From Leidyana gryllorum EB-2025a (lineage: Eukaryota > Protista > Apicomplexa), in assembly GCA_048772705.1 (NCBI GenBank), contig JBLWGC010000002.1:62001-126000 (forward strand): 64,000 nucleotides of DNA, given 5' to 3'. Each line of letters opens with the position of its first letter. The stretch's first letter is position 1. Under the pieces are notes generated by a model. It saw only the letters and a list, made by a program, of their open reading frames with translations, was not told the origin of the DNA and did not search any database. Below, in pieces: positions 12,001 through 19,846 of the stretch. The position numbers were made by a program, and so were the translations under genes.

Positions 12001-14567
12001 CAGACAAAAACGATATGGCCCGCCTCATCAACGCTTGGCACGCACTCCAGGATCAATGGCTCGGGTCTGCTGGTGGCTCCAAATCGGTGACAGCCGGGCC
12101 TGTGCGTACATCTGGCGCTAATGTTCCGCATCCGCTGGAGGATCTCGAAATGTTGCGGGCGGAAGTCAACTTTGATGTCAAGACATTGTTACCGCCAATC
12201 GTGGAGCACGATGTCGAACGTGTGTTGTTGACGGGTATCACTGGGTTCGTTGGACGCAACCAAATCGCCTCCCTGCTGACTGCGCCTTCACACCCGAACC
12301 TGAAGGTGTACGCCATAGTGCGAGCTCGTGATCCTGAGCACGGAATGCAGCGCATCAAGGAGGCCTGCGAGGAGGCTGAGGTGTGGAATGACAACTTTAA
12401 GGAACGTTTGATCGTGCTGCCGGGTGACTTCACAAAGATCGATCTCGGAGTCGGAGAAGAAATGTTCAAATGGTTGTGTGAAAACATCGGTATAGTCTTC
12501 CATACGGGCGGTGACGTCAATCTGCTGTGTAATTACAGCAAAGTCAGAGACACAAACACCCTCAGTATTCGTGGAATACTGCGTTTGTGTACCACACACC
12601 GTATCAAACCGTTGCATTTCACTTCAACCCTTGGACAGTATCCTGAACTATTCGGTTTCTTCACAGGCGAATTCTTAAACCGTTACCTTCATGAAGATAC
12701 CGGTCCAAGAATGAACGAAATGGAGAAATTCTTCCCTCCCAAACGTCAAGGATACCCCTGGAGTAAATGGGCTGCCGAGCAGGTCATTCGTAAAGCTCGG
12801 GATCTTGGACTGCCTGCATACATTTACAGATTGCCGAACACTTACTGCGCCTACCGAACGGGTTATACCAACCGAACTGATTATGCTACTGCTCTGATGA
12901 TTTCGAGTATCCAAGAAGGACTGTTCCCGATATCATCAGCAATGTCGGTGTTGACTCCAGTTGACATTATCGCTGATATGGTGGTGGCTAATGGGTTAAA
13001 GGATTCTCGGCAACACTGGGTATACAATTTGGTGGACACTCGGTGTATTCGGAGAGCAGATATGGAGTTATGGGCCGAGGAGGCTGGCCTGCAATACCGC
13101 GGAGTTCCTGTTGACGACTTTTTCGCCGCTGTCAAGAGGCGAGGGCCCGAGTCTCCTGTGTACCGTTTCGTGCCATTGATGCAGTACTGGAGAAGGTACT
13201 GGTTCGACCCGGAGGAGCGTGAGACTCCGTGGCCGATCCGAACACAGAACATCTTTGACGAGCTGCCGCACATGAGTTGGCCGGGACTGCGTGATATCTT
13301 TCGTAATTCGTTCCTTTACTGCGCTCGTCGGAATTACTTTAGCGCCGATACGGAGGCGGTGCCTTTGGATACTGACGCTATTATTGAGTCTGCGAGTAAA
13401 ATGTGTGGCTACGACGACCTGGGTGAAGACACCGAGTTCCTGATAGCGCCTATGATGGAGCCGATTCAACAGGCGATGACTGACACTTCGGTGCCGATGA
13501 GTTTCGTTGGGCGTCTGAGTTTGGTGCGGACGAGTCGGCAGTACATTATCAACTTGTTGACAATGGCTGCGATGGAGGTGGCTCACCCGGAGATTCGCAA
13601 GGAGGAGATCAAAGAGCCGATTTTCATCGTTGGCTTGAACCGATCGGGAACTACTTATTTGCAGAATCTGTTATGCGCGGACAGCGATAACCGCGGTGTT
13701 TTGTATATGGAGCAGGTGGCACCGTATGGGGCGACTGGTAAATACTTTTGTCACAACGTGCCTATGGACACTGACTTTGCGGATGACCCGAGGACTGCTT
13801 ATGCGCAGGAAATGCTGAATACACAGTCGGGTTTGACGGAGCAGTGGATGTTGATTCACGCTCAGCACGCGTTGAAGCCTGAAGAAGAGTTCCTTATTAT
13901 GGAGCATTGTGGTCGCAGTTACTCCGTGTCGGTTGCATTTGGAACGAAAGGGTACACCGAATGGCTGTTCAATGACGACTTTGCTCAATTGCGAGAGGGT
14001 TATGGGTTCCATAAGCGCTTCCTGCAGCATCTGAGCTATCAGCGGAAATCTAAGCGTTTCCTGTTGAAGATGCCTTTCCATCTGTTCACACTGGACACAC
14101 TGATTGAAACGTATCCGGACTGCAAAATTGTGTTTACCCATCGCGACCCGACCCAAGTTATGGGCAGTTGGTGCAGTTTGGTGACACACGCGCGCGAGCG
14201 GACGCTGTTTAGTGTGGATGCGCACAAGATTGGCACCGAGGAGTTGGGGGCGATGAGTCTGATGATCAACTCGGCCCTCAAGTTCCGACGGGAGCACCCT
14301 GAGCACGAGCACAGATTCCTCGATGTACAGTTCAAAGACTTTATCAAAGATCCTATGGCTACGGTGAAGGAAATCTACACCAAGTTTGACTTTGATCTGA
14401 GACCAGAAGCTGTCTCGGCAATGCAGTCTTTCATGAAAGAGGAACTCACAAAGAAGACGCAACACAAGAAACACAATTACAGCCTCGAGGATGCCGGACT
14501 AACGGCTGAACAAGTTAAAGAGGCCTTTAAACAGTACTATGAATCGGGACTTTTGAAAGTCTGGTAG
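1..14567 (+). CDS. Modular type I polyketide/fatty acid synthase, 5'-truncated: [KR]-ACP-KS-DH-ER-KR-ACP-KS-AT-DH-(degenerate ER)-KR-ACP-(SAM-like)-thioester reductase-sulfotransferase
   Basis: Frame is open from base 3. ACP motifs GIDSLG (~540, ~5850) and GFDSLG (~11650). KS DTACSSS (~1255, ~6570) with HGTGT and NIGHLE. AT GHSLG (~7720) and HAFH (~8040). DH HVVFDSVVLP (~2208) and HVVNGMCLMP (~8590). ER GLNFRD and LIHAVTGGVG (~3970-4310). KR ITGGFGGLG (~4893) and ITGGYGGLG (~10746). Reductase LLTGITGFVG (~12225) and YPWSK (~12753). Sulfotransferase GLNRSGTT (~13632) and HRDP...SW (~14140). Confidence 0.97.
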   Translation, partial: FETLNIKPDLFVLFSSLAAFIGNFKQTNYSAANCALDQLALYRRANQLSAQSVQWGPWTEQGMAVNLNSILEKAGLKGITNDIGMRVLSDTLTHLTNTPVVCCQQFRWRTFLQRYDVPPAFFSAAVRAAKTGGKEVSAKVASMTPEQRRAYVQQCVIDTAVAVLGRSDLPPLDAPLQDLGIDSLGAVEFRNSLQNKLGIKLAATAMFDYPTLQALGEHIFSLVEEQIAQMQGEAQTVADAFDLGPGGHLEMASGAAITGIGLRLPGDANDPESFWDMLINGRHGMIDVPLDRFDVQWFYDKTDSAPSSMVVRQSAFIRHATYFDHQFFNLSPAETVSMDPQQRVMLATAYAALHTAGHTKETLPGKSIACYIGCCNFDWHYVSQFSKSPFAGTGGSGSIVSNRISFTYGLKGPSITVDTACSSSLVALDAAMIKLRAGVCSEALVGGVNLMISPHLFATFGRARMLALDSKCKTFDARADGYVRGEGSGAVVLQPLEEARRENKFIYAIVRGSAVNHDGRSASLTAPNGPAQQEVIKAALRESAVKPADVCYVEAHGTGTPLGDPIEAGGLKAVYSARDQRFPLVVGALKTNIGHLEGSAGIAALIKVVLCLQHKEVPKNLHFEQLNPHIDIENFPVVFPAQATALSSRRACIAGVSAFGFGGANAHAIVEGVDSQLMPTIQPIKFPADLYAKRNHPFHEPIHPYLGRRAVQKNGREIVHTWPFRNDVYWDYVKDHVVFDSVVLPAAILLECISASFTAVPQTLDRYVSGPSGKPTLIKSFVIERPLHVPYPVEDARDYQHTRLSFNRDGTFTLSSQSGAEGSHYEAAGGGACEEPTKDDIPSYIQAEPVPYDQCPYEVDVDEMYGQLSQIGLVYGPRFRTVKKLCINETTAIADLEVTEGSDAGYYNSTEFGFRIHPTVIDGAFHCGAALIRASELKKDPSLAKKTIKDRRIMVPYMFEDCYMECASPGTKYQAVVTLKECDKKSAELSVVLRIKQMPLESWNQYPFGARASVGRVVANLRRVKLAAVDFSAVISIPKELIWKVDWVAQPPSSIAAADSHPTSPSKPEAESPPKLSIGAIRSLSASESADKVASRQVLMVVPPNALHASFKDDPHIQIVHSMADFTALVETADLGDYGMIVFCGGLRRGHTETEVLSWALELFVAIQSHVTKEKRLCPIFLLTETTQMPTQRPPLHAGLWGFARSAKLEAEIKLGRQVRLACVDLVPPMDPYSMLTMLRTLARKTEGFETDLVMREVREEDEIQHVQLHSGRFEKVKFDFYGAVELYMRDRGAISMLQLRSQAVSSRVPPPRGHVEVRVRSVGLNFRDVLNVMDLYPGDPGPPGSDFAGTVVRVGPNVTHLAIGDPVFGIAPGCLKTYTLTDARLVAPIPADFSFEQAAAMPVIGTTVEYALAHLAKIKKGDRVLIHAVTGGVGLVALKYCLSVGARVCGTAGSAVKKQYGQDAGAEYVGDSRDAAAFLEGMKNHLGNSKFDVVLNCLIGDHLKHSIELLRRGGIFLELGKREIRTVEQMKEERPDIIYHIVAIDTMMDEDREWFNKLLSGVADKMAAKQLEPPPLELYNLGHPTRTGVAAFQQLQRAKHIGKVIISVPSALGVVSGTKHNYPSNETYLITGGFGGLGLVVARWLVEEGARNIVLLSRRGAPSTEQAASLNWRYLTDRMKGGTVNVKQVRCDLTDAAATTECLREIMNSMPPLSIVFHTAGVLADKLLEQQNRESLSVVLDSKVRTAWTLHRALGELAIDLRLLVCFSSVSSQFGNYGQTNYAGANSALDAFAKWRSDVQKCPTVAIQWGPWVEQGMAKGLVSHLKTVGMKGITNELGLAVLNDIIKYTVNDEALPSADPPVTFPSVVCVQSFEWPVFMDRYTEVPPLLSKVEVGADESSVNVAARQALMAMSPEDRVVYVHNIIAETARQVLGSDELPAMDTPLQELGIDSLGAVEFRNALQLKLGVKLPVTALFDYPTLEAINDYIFREIDSSLAETMEVAEISPRMGQTALAAATFERIAVTGLAGRFPNHCRTISDFWQMLMNGENCIVEVPAERWSADLAFDPDPDVRGKCYTREAGFIADMDLFDNRFFNISKAEVMSLDPQQRQMLEVAYEAFTNAGYNRQTLAGQQFGVYVGCCNTDWHFMDITSSSEKISSYSSSGGATSLMANRISYCFGLKGPSLTVDTACSSSLVAMDGAYQAIRAGCCSGALVSGVNLMLTPHLFVLFCKSRMLSPDCRCYTFDHRANGYVRGEGIGAIVCMPFSKAKQSQLPVHALILGSSANHNGRAASVTAPNGPAQQDVIRNALRLANMNPSQVSYVEAHGTGTALGDPIEVGALKAVFASDRPSHQPLVIGAVKTNIGHLEGSSGIAGLLKLILVLKHGTAPPNLNFTQLNPHIDISDFHCTFPVEHPVKLTVPFNTPPTGGVSSFGFGGANAHCVVTVPTKDDGCVIASSITTSASSSAGRAVAFLFTGQGSQYLGMGQELYDKDLTGVREVFDEAAKLIREEGLFGNEDTTALLELMWPSKRTDELTLRLSNTRYAQVAVYVYEQAVVKYLLSQDIVPVAVMGHSLGEYSAAVTAGLLSFEDGLRLVASRARIMADLPVRNGVMWAVRATMEQYEAAVAKLGSEDTNKVAVAAVNGPRSMTISGDREQVLDVLKAMGMEGKGKQLEVSHAFHSPLVTDSVPLVEKVLENVVFMTNLRCSFVSTVEGRMVNASVLADKKYWASHITRPVLFRQAIEALSIEAKCSAFVEVGPRPVLTSMARPCLPAVASSDTIMLNVADPNKGDNSYVAQINNVNSTLEAAKEHKWSHTERFPWLNAAHPFVGDWRACLTPTREPKLSLEHKVSKEVLEFVNDHVVNGMCLMPAAGMTEMVLMVTGQHFSAQYHQAPLHHNADWIRVQSIEFVQAMLVPSEENANFTLQLERIPSLSNQIHVSSQSHDDGYFLNCRASGCEVMRERPVDAQLPVASAQEKLQVLMSRFTPEAGAEVIDPQQQYATLRAIGLDYGLNFQTVRSMQRVGSEVLAKLQTIGDLKTFEMSFRSHPGVLDGAFQSIAVVLGAAGVRQAMIPVAIEGMECGKLTVGCEYWSHATLIRKTARTAYVQLMVYNQWGQLACRLDRVVLRGIDSAGSVDFPKDVYWNVEWKTRDQLDGDRPEAGDVPKETGDAGSKEAKDTKSSGQSMTDIYKYHTEGDYLIFGDAGFPLGDWKEITFSNGSKATITMRPSPKNDTEADISVRERAWRGIVFVGGLNRSCSEEQVLGDCLMVTKSYGRVFATHPKDEVMPRLIILAAGAVSGVGKSKVPMSYHSGLLGFARSARLELDNIFSRIPGLVFADIESCQDVVTLQSKIDNVVTALKDRPEEAEVVLRGQDTYYSRLRKLDLIQEKGYYAISLNEPAPDSAGAANKWEHISFKPCPQGKQLVCPPGCAVVRVIAFGVTAANVKDMRDLSDEERWAAIESTFAGIVVRLEGQTAASGSDIRVGSRVIGTGAACWRAVTVADARQLKLLDNSKSFAESVIGGDVGNRLVVIEKEESFKVGVDQTSHDGLTRVYQWPSAVSKSISLLSRNAQHQNAYLITGGYGGLGLTTAKWLMEEGVTNLWLVSRSGKPSDPSLNSWRVLKEAEENGLIQITSCRVDMSSESAVTDMFKKVKDAGFILKGVFHCAGVLNDIPLTNQQRLHIDQVYGGKARGALLMDEALRTLKLNPELEHFVMYSSVATLIGNYSQVNYSAANGVLDGLCARRKAEGFAGLSIQWGPWTEQGMASELVGLLEKVGMKGLSNDVALRALAAAMINDRTMGTGVVGVQAFNWRRFLRRYTSVPHFYESLPANLLTSGDGGDVIDVTKISKSDLCNLLSDIAQQVSGTSVRPNPDTPLIEVGFDSLGAVEFRNNILDATGVRLPQTLAFENPTIEAVADFILEQAGVGDGGAQNQDRAASNAAAAAAPVDSWLMSALEPAAERYTLYIEAFNSHYPTIGHMLEVDDPEGALADNIKVTDKNDMARLINAWHALQDQWLGSAGGSKSVTAGPVRTSGANVPHPLEDLEMLRAEVNFDVKTLLPPIVEHDVERVLLTGITGFVGRNQIASLLTAPSHPNLKVYAIVRARDPEHGMQRIKEACEEAEVWNDNFKERLIVLPGDFTKIDLGVGEEMFKWLCENIGIVFHTGGDVNLLCNYSKVRDTNTLSIRGILRLCTTHRIKPLHFTSTLGQYPELFGFFTGEFLNRYLHEDTGPRMNEMEKFFPPKRQGYPWSKWAAEQVIRKARDLGLPAYIYRLPNTYCAYRTGYTNRTDYATALMISSIQEGLFPISSAMSVLTPVDIIADMVVANGLKDSRQHWVYNLVDTRCIRRADMELWAEEAGLQYRGVPVDDFFAAVKRRGPESPVYRFVPLMQYWRRYWFDPEERETPWPIRTQNIFDELPHMSWPGLRDIFRNSFLYCARRNYFSADTEAVPLDTDAIIESASKMCGYDDLGEDTEFLIAPMMEPIQQAMTDTSVPMSFVGRLSLVRTSRQYIINLLTMAAMEVAHPEIRKEEIKEPIFIVGLNRSGTTYLQNLLCADSDNRGVLYMEQVAPYGATGKYFCHNVPMDTDFADDPRTAYAQEMLNTQSGLTEQWMLIHAQHALKPEEEFLIMEHCGRSYSVSVAFGTKGYTEWLFNDDFAQLREGYGFHKRFLQHLSYQRKSKRFLLKMPFHLFTLDTLIETYPDCKIVFTHRDPTQVMGSWCSLVTHARERTLFSVDAHKIGTEELGAMSLMINSALKFRREHPEHEHRFLDVQFKDFIKDPMATVKEIYTKFDFDLRPEAVSAMQSFMKEELTKKTQHKKHNYSLEDAGLTAEQVKEAFKQYYESGLLKVW

Positions 14568-14638
14568 AATGATCGTGATGATTCTTACTTTTAAATATGA
14601 CTGCAAAATAACCAAAGGCAATTTTTACCTCAACTTCA

Positions 14639-16171
14639 ATGTCACTCAGACCTTTCAACAACACTCCTTTTTCAGGAAAAGGCAAATCCCTTTCCTCCTC
14701 AAAGACCTTTTGGACCATCGGGTCTCTGGCCATCGTGCCAAATGGTCTTCTAACACCACCTCGGGTGGAAGAACCTACTGTGGGGGCAGATCCTTCCTTG
14801 ACAACCAATCACCATCAATCTGCTCCTCCTCCCGCGTCGTCAACTTTCGCGGCCACTGTCTCCTACACCCCGGTGCTATCCAGGACAACTCCCTCCTCCT
14901 CCTCCTCCTCCTCCTCCTCCTCCTCCCCCTCCTCCTCTCCCTCGCCCCCGCCCGCTTCCCCCCCCACCATACAGACTGTGTCAATGTCCCTCTCCTGCAC
15001 CTCCTGTAGGCCTGCAGCGTCCCCTGCCCCGGCCACGTCTTCGACGAGTTCTTCTCTATCGGATTCATCATCAGAGGGCGGCGACGAGAACCCGCTGGAC
15101 ACAATGCTGGACTTAATTCGTCAAAACCGAGAGCAGTTGGGGGACCAAGTCAAGAAACTCACACACTGCCGAGCGGAGATCGCTAAAGTGTGCGAGCACC
15201 TGTCGGCTAGCCGAGGGGGCTCCAACCCGGCGGCTACCCATTCTTTGGAGGCTCAAAGAGCCTCTGCCGCCAGGAGACCGACAGCTGCTGCTGTTCGTTA
15301 CAGGAGAGTTGCACAGAATCAGGGCGGTCCCCTCGTGCAAGCCATGCGAGAGAAAGTACACACGTTGCTGATAAACGCTTGGCGAATGCAGGAGGATCGG
15401 GTGAAGGAACAGACAGAGGTCTGCACGGCAGTGGACCGATGCAGTGTGGAATTGGCGAACGGAGAATCCACCAGAGTTCCCTTCCCAAGCCCCCATCAGA
15501 AGGATACTTTGACTCCCACCACGTGGGGTGTGGAAGAACGCGTCAAACAACAGGACTTTGCAGCACAGCTCGAGAGGCTATCCAGCCGCGTGGAGAGAGT
15601 GCGAACATTCGTTGCAGATTACTCAATGGTACTTGAGGCCACAGACTGCCAACGCATTCACGCACACGCAAACACACAGGTACGAACGGGCTCCCACCGC
15701 CAACTTTTATAGCAATCATTGACCATTTAGGATACTTCATCACTGATCACAACTCAACAACCAGAAACCGACGCCGATACAGTCGCCGCCGATACAGTCG
15801 CCGCCGATACAGTCGCCGTCGAGACCTCTGCCGCTGGCAATACGCCGGACGACTTGGCCCGACAGTTTGACGTAGATCGTTCGGTATTAGCAAAGATCGA
15901 GGAGTTCCTCAAATCAGTTGCGAGAGTGCCCCGAGATCCGATACGGTGGCTGTGGCGCGCCCAAGATTCCAATTGGGGTTACCTTCTGGCAGCTGACGGG
16001 GTACTCAGTACTTTTGTGGTCGACACCGCCAGTGGTGACGTCACTGTGGAACCAGTCTGCAGCGGCCAGCGTATTTGGAAATTTGTCCATCAGTTCCACG
16101 ATGATCCATCACTCCACATAGCAGTCGCTCAGCTGCGCATCGATCTCCGAGGACACGAAACGCCGCTCTGA
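14639..16171 (+). CDS. Hypothetical protein, two exons (14639-15679, 15731-16171): Ser/Pro-rich N-terminus, coiled-coil-like middle, small globular C-terminus
   Basis: A 51-nt GTACGA...TTTAG intron (15680-15730, phase 0) joins the 357-aa ORF in frame to the 15854-16171 ORF. Confidence 0.65.
14892..14925 (+). repeat. (CCT)n microsatellite encoding poly-Ser
   Basis: Directly visible triplet run. Confidence 0.9.
15773..15817 (+). repeat. 15-bp tandem repeat GCCGATACAGTCGCC x3 (ADTVA x3)
   Basis: Directly visible; lies in exon 2 of the 14639 gene. Confidence 0.9.
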
Positions 16172-17558
16172 ACGTGAAACTGGTCCTTAGCTTAGACGTG
16201 ATGAGCAGCCTAAGGGCGACAGCATCACGCTCCCAATATTGACTACCCCTTCAAACTGACCTCAAGATTCCCGTTGCGAACGCAAAATCATCTGTGTTGG
16301 TGGAAAAAATGTCAAGTCTACAGAGCGATTCGGGGGAACCTCCAGCGTTTATCCGTCCCCTCCAAACGGAGACTATGCTTTTAACGTCTCTCTTCGGCCT
16401 CTGGGTGAAGAGGTGGCCGAACGATCACTCAGAACTTGCCTAAACGATCATCAGTTACTACTTCATCGACATCAGCAGCACCACCGAACACTCCACGACG
16501 CAGTCCAGCGTTGCTCAATTTGCAGTGATCAATGGTGGAGAGCCTGAAAAGTGGACGGCCCTACACAATAACCTAGAGAGTCAGTTGGACAAAAGAAGCT
16601 CGAACCCGTTGACTTCAAGATCGGAACACACCGAATCCACGCAATTGCAAGTGACAGAGTACTTTTTGCTTCTATACGCGAGACAGATAAAGGGATCAAC
16701 CACCCCAGACTTAGCCGAGTTTCTATTGCGATCGCCTCAGCGTGTGTGCACACACTTGGGACTACCATTAAGCAGTTTTCGAACTGCAGAATCTATCCTT
16801 GCTCAGGGGCATTAGTCTTGTCAATGACGCTCAGCGGACGACAGACTGGTTGCTCTAATCGAAAACTACGACCACTTCCCGTCGCTACGCACCTGTGCGT
16901 ATCGCAATTTCTAGAGGGTTTCAGACCCGACAATCGTCACTAAGACATCGCTACAGTGGATGGATGCCCTCTTTGGCCATGGGGGATATCCGGAGGATCA
17001 CCACTATTATGGTGCCTATGACGACGGGGACCCCCCCTTCGTCTATCAATCATGGCAGATGACCTGCCACTGCTTGGAGTGTTACAGTGAGTGTGAGCGC
17101 CTGTGTGCTCGAGTCGTTGCATGTTGATTAGATTTATGTTGTTGCGTTGGGCTACGAATGGGCTGGCGGAGTCGTCATCATCGTCGCAGATGAGTGATTC
17201 ATCACCGGCACCCTTTGCGAGAGTACTGCGGGCGATTCATGCTGTTTATTGTTGCTGTGCCTTCATGGCTCACTCCCCGCCTCAGTTGCAGCTGGCCGAG
17301 TGACAGAGTGAATAGTCGCCCCATTCCGGTCTGATCCGGTCTCCAACTAGTTTAGACATATAATACGCATCAGTATCAGCTCAAGCTTATACTGTTCAGC
17401 GCCCGTAGGCACAGCCAGGCACTCGGTTGATGGAGAGATCGATGCTGATGCGGGACCGGATGAGACTCGGAGACACCGCACACAGTGACAGTGGCGCAAA
17501 CTGTTGGTTCAGATTGAAAATCAGCACTGCTTTGTCATTTGAAGTTTTCGTTTGAGTA

Positions 17559-18785
17559 ATGCGCTCTTTCGTCGCTGTTGCATCTCTAGTCGCACTGGCG
17601 ACGGCTACGGGTCAGAACAAGACCCTCGAGATGGTGTATGGTGCCGTGACGCCTGTCGAGCGGACGACAGCGTGGCACGCACGAGAGACTTCGAGACGAG
17701 CTGCATTACCAGAGAGTTATTTCAAGAGGCGCTCTGCCGAGGAATGCGACTTCCCCTTGGAGGTCGTGATCCTTCAAGATGCAACAGCCTCATTCCAAGA
17801 TGACTTCGCCATGATGAAGGACTCCCAAGTCCCTACAATGATCTCCACTCTGACAGCCTCGCACCCCGGCTCTACTTTCAGTGTTGTTTCGTTCCGCGAC
17901 AAACCCATATGGTCTCTGGGCGAACCGAAGACTGATTACTGTGTCAAGTTTGAAGCACCATTGACTGCTGATACTAAAGTGATCGAAGGGATTTACGGCG
18001 AGTTGCTCTCTGTGGGTGGTGGAGATCCCAGTGAGAATCAGTTCGGCACATTGGTTGCCGCTGCCCAGAGTTCTACTCCCGGCTGGTCCAACCCCGACGC
18101 AGCTCGCTTGCTTGTTGTCGCCACCGACGCTCCTCCTCACTTTGAAGGGGACGACCTGAATGTCTATGGGATGACCAAATTCTCGGGTACCTTCGACGAG
18201 GCTCATGCTGCCGATCAGTGCTTGGCCGAGTACTATCCCACCCCGGAACAAGTCAAGAAGGCAATCGAGGCCCGCCAGGCATACGCCGCCTTCCTTGTCT
18301 ACGATGGTGACTACTGGAACGAGTTGCCAGTGGATAGCTGGTCTTGGTTCAATAGCTATATTGGCCAGGATGGAGCGTTTGTCAATGGCCTCGCTGAAGA
18401 CTCAAGCAATTTCTGGACCATTCTGAGCGACACTATCACACATATCGAAGCGATCGAGTGTGGACCCTCATCAACTCAGCCTCCCACCACCACCACCACC
18501 ACCACGCAGACCACAACGTCAACAGAACTCTCCACCTCTGTCACTGACCGCCCAACCACCACTGTGGAGACAAGCACCGAGCCGGAACCCACTGTCACAC
18601 CCGTTGGAAGTACTCAAGCGCCTCCCACCACTACCAAAACCAACCTCCGTCCCACCACGGTACCAGAGTGTCCGCCGTGCGAAGTTGAGCCCTGTCCGCC
18701 TTGTGATGGCGACTGCTGTGATGAGGTGGAAATCAAGTTGCGCCACAAGCCCAAGGAGCTGCATTTGGAGGTCATCAATGCCTAA
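17559..18785 (+). CDS. Secreted integrin-beta-like VWA (MIDAS) domain protein with Thr-rich mucin-like stalk and Cys/Pro-rich tail; putative adhesin
   Basis: Hydrophobic signal peptide MRSFVAVASLVALATA. MIDAS-like LQDATASF. GGDPSENQF and LLVVATDAPPHFEGD resemble integrin beta I-domain motifs. Poly-Thr region, then CPPCEVEPCPPCDGDCC. Confidence 0.8.
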   Translation: MRSFVAVASLVALATATGQNKTLEMVYGAVTPVERTTAWHARETSRRAALPESYFKRRSAEECDFPLEVVILQDATASFQDDFAMMKDSQVPTMISTLTASHPGSTFSVVSFRDKPIWSLGEPKTDYCVKFEAPLTADTKVIEGIYGELLSVGGGDPSENQFGTLVAAAQSSTPGWSNPDAARLLVVATDAPPHFEGDDLNVYGMTKFSGTFDEAHAADQCLAEYYPTPEQVKKAIEARQAYAAFLVYDGDYWNELPVDSWSWFNSYIGQDGAFVNGLAEDSSNFWTILSDTITHIEAIECGPSSTQPPTTTTTTTQTTTSTELSTSVTDRPTTTVETSTEPEPTVTPVGSTQAPPTTTKTNLRPTTVPECPPCEVEPCPPCDGDCCDEVEIKLRHKPKELHLEVINA

Positions 18786-19846
18786 TTTGAATGGAAGCAT
18801 CGTGTTAATGTTTTAAGCCCCTTAGACTAGTTATAGAAACTTGAAGCACCTGGTGGCTCTTCAAACCGGTCGCAGCCTCAGGTCGATATTGATTGATTCA
18901 TCGACCGAACATGCACACACGTGTGGCATGAGGAGACGGGTTGTTGCGAGCGATAGATACCTTGGCTGTGTCTAGCCACAACTCATCACGTACCGTACCC
19001 GGGACATTTTCCTTGCGAACCCAGCGTTTCAATATAAATCAGCGGCGCCATGGTCAGGCCGGACTGATTTGTCAAAGTACAGCATCACACAACACCTTGA
19101 CAGTGCTTGTGAGCTCCGTGGTTCGGCACTTCCTACGCCGGACGAGCCTCCACGATGTGGAGCACTACATATGACGGAGAGGCCTCTCGCCCCAGGACGG
19201 TTGCAAAGCCTCGATGGATACGGATCTCTCCGTTGATTGCTCACCCGAATGTCTACCACAGTGCTATTGCGGGCTGGCATCTGCAAGTCCGCGTTCTTGA
19301 ACACTCGATCGGCGTAAGGATGTCACACCGGAAGTCATCAGGAGTTATTTCTCCCCATTGTTTTTGAGGCGATGTCCGATGAGGCCATATCTTCTCTTCT
19401 GAGTGTGGAGAGCCGGATGATTCAGAAACCCGAAGTGGAGCAAGCGAATACGAGAAGAGTATGTCAATTGCTAGCGACTCAGTTGACCTTCGAATGATAC
19501 CCGACGTTGAAAGCTATCGAGAGGGTTGACTTACCATTGCCAACCTGGACGATGCGGTACTCGCGAGGCGGCGGCGAAGTTGGATGTCGAAAATCGTTCT
19601 CCCGATTAAATCAAGTTTGAGACTCAGTACGTGACCAAAAGTCTCTATGAGGAGGTGGAAAGCAGCGGATGTGCCTTTCTGAAGGATCCGATCGTCTTGT
19701 GGAGGTTGGACGACTGAGGAATCCTACGGAACAGAAATTGTCCCCGAGTTAAATTCTATTGACGACGTTTGGCTGCAAATGCAACAAGATTGTTGTATGT
19801 TTATTTGGGTAGCTTTTCCGATTTGGAGTTGTTCGGGATCCTGTGA

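Noticed and set aside
125-14474. Numerous antisense and alternate-frame ORFs over the PKS (and over the Pro-rich gene and array tails)
   Set aside because: Shadow ORFs produced by codon bias and GC-rich repeats; no recognisable motifs.
16200-17300. Possible decayed gene (fragments such as FRPD...VDGCPLW, faintly Crinkler-like)
   Set aside because: Only short, stop-interrupted fragments; I could not establish convincing homology or a splice model by eye.
18940-19720. Possible tenth array paralog upstream of P1
   Set aside because: I found no family leader or core motif; the coding-like stretches are interrupted by stops.
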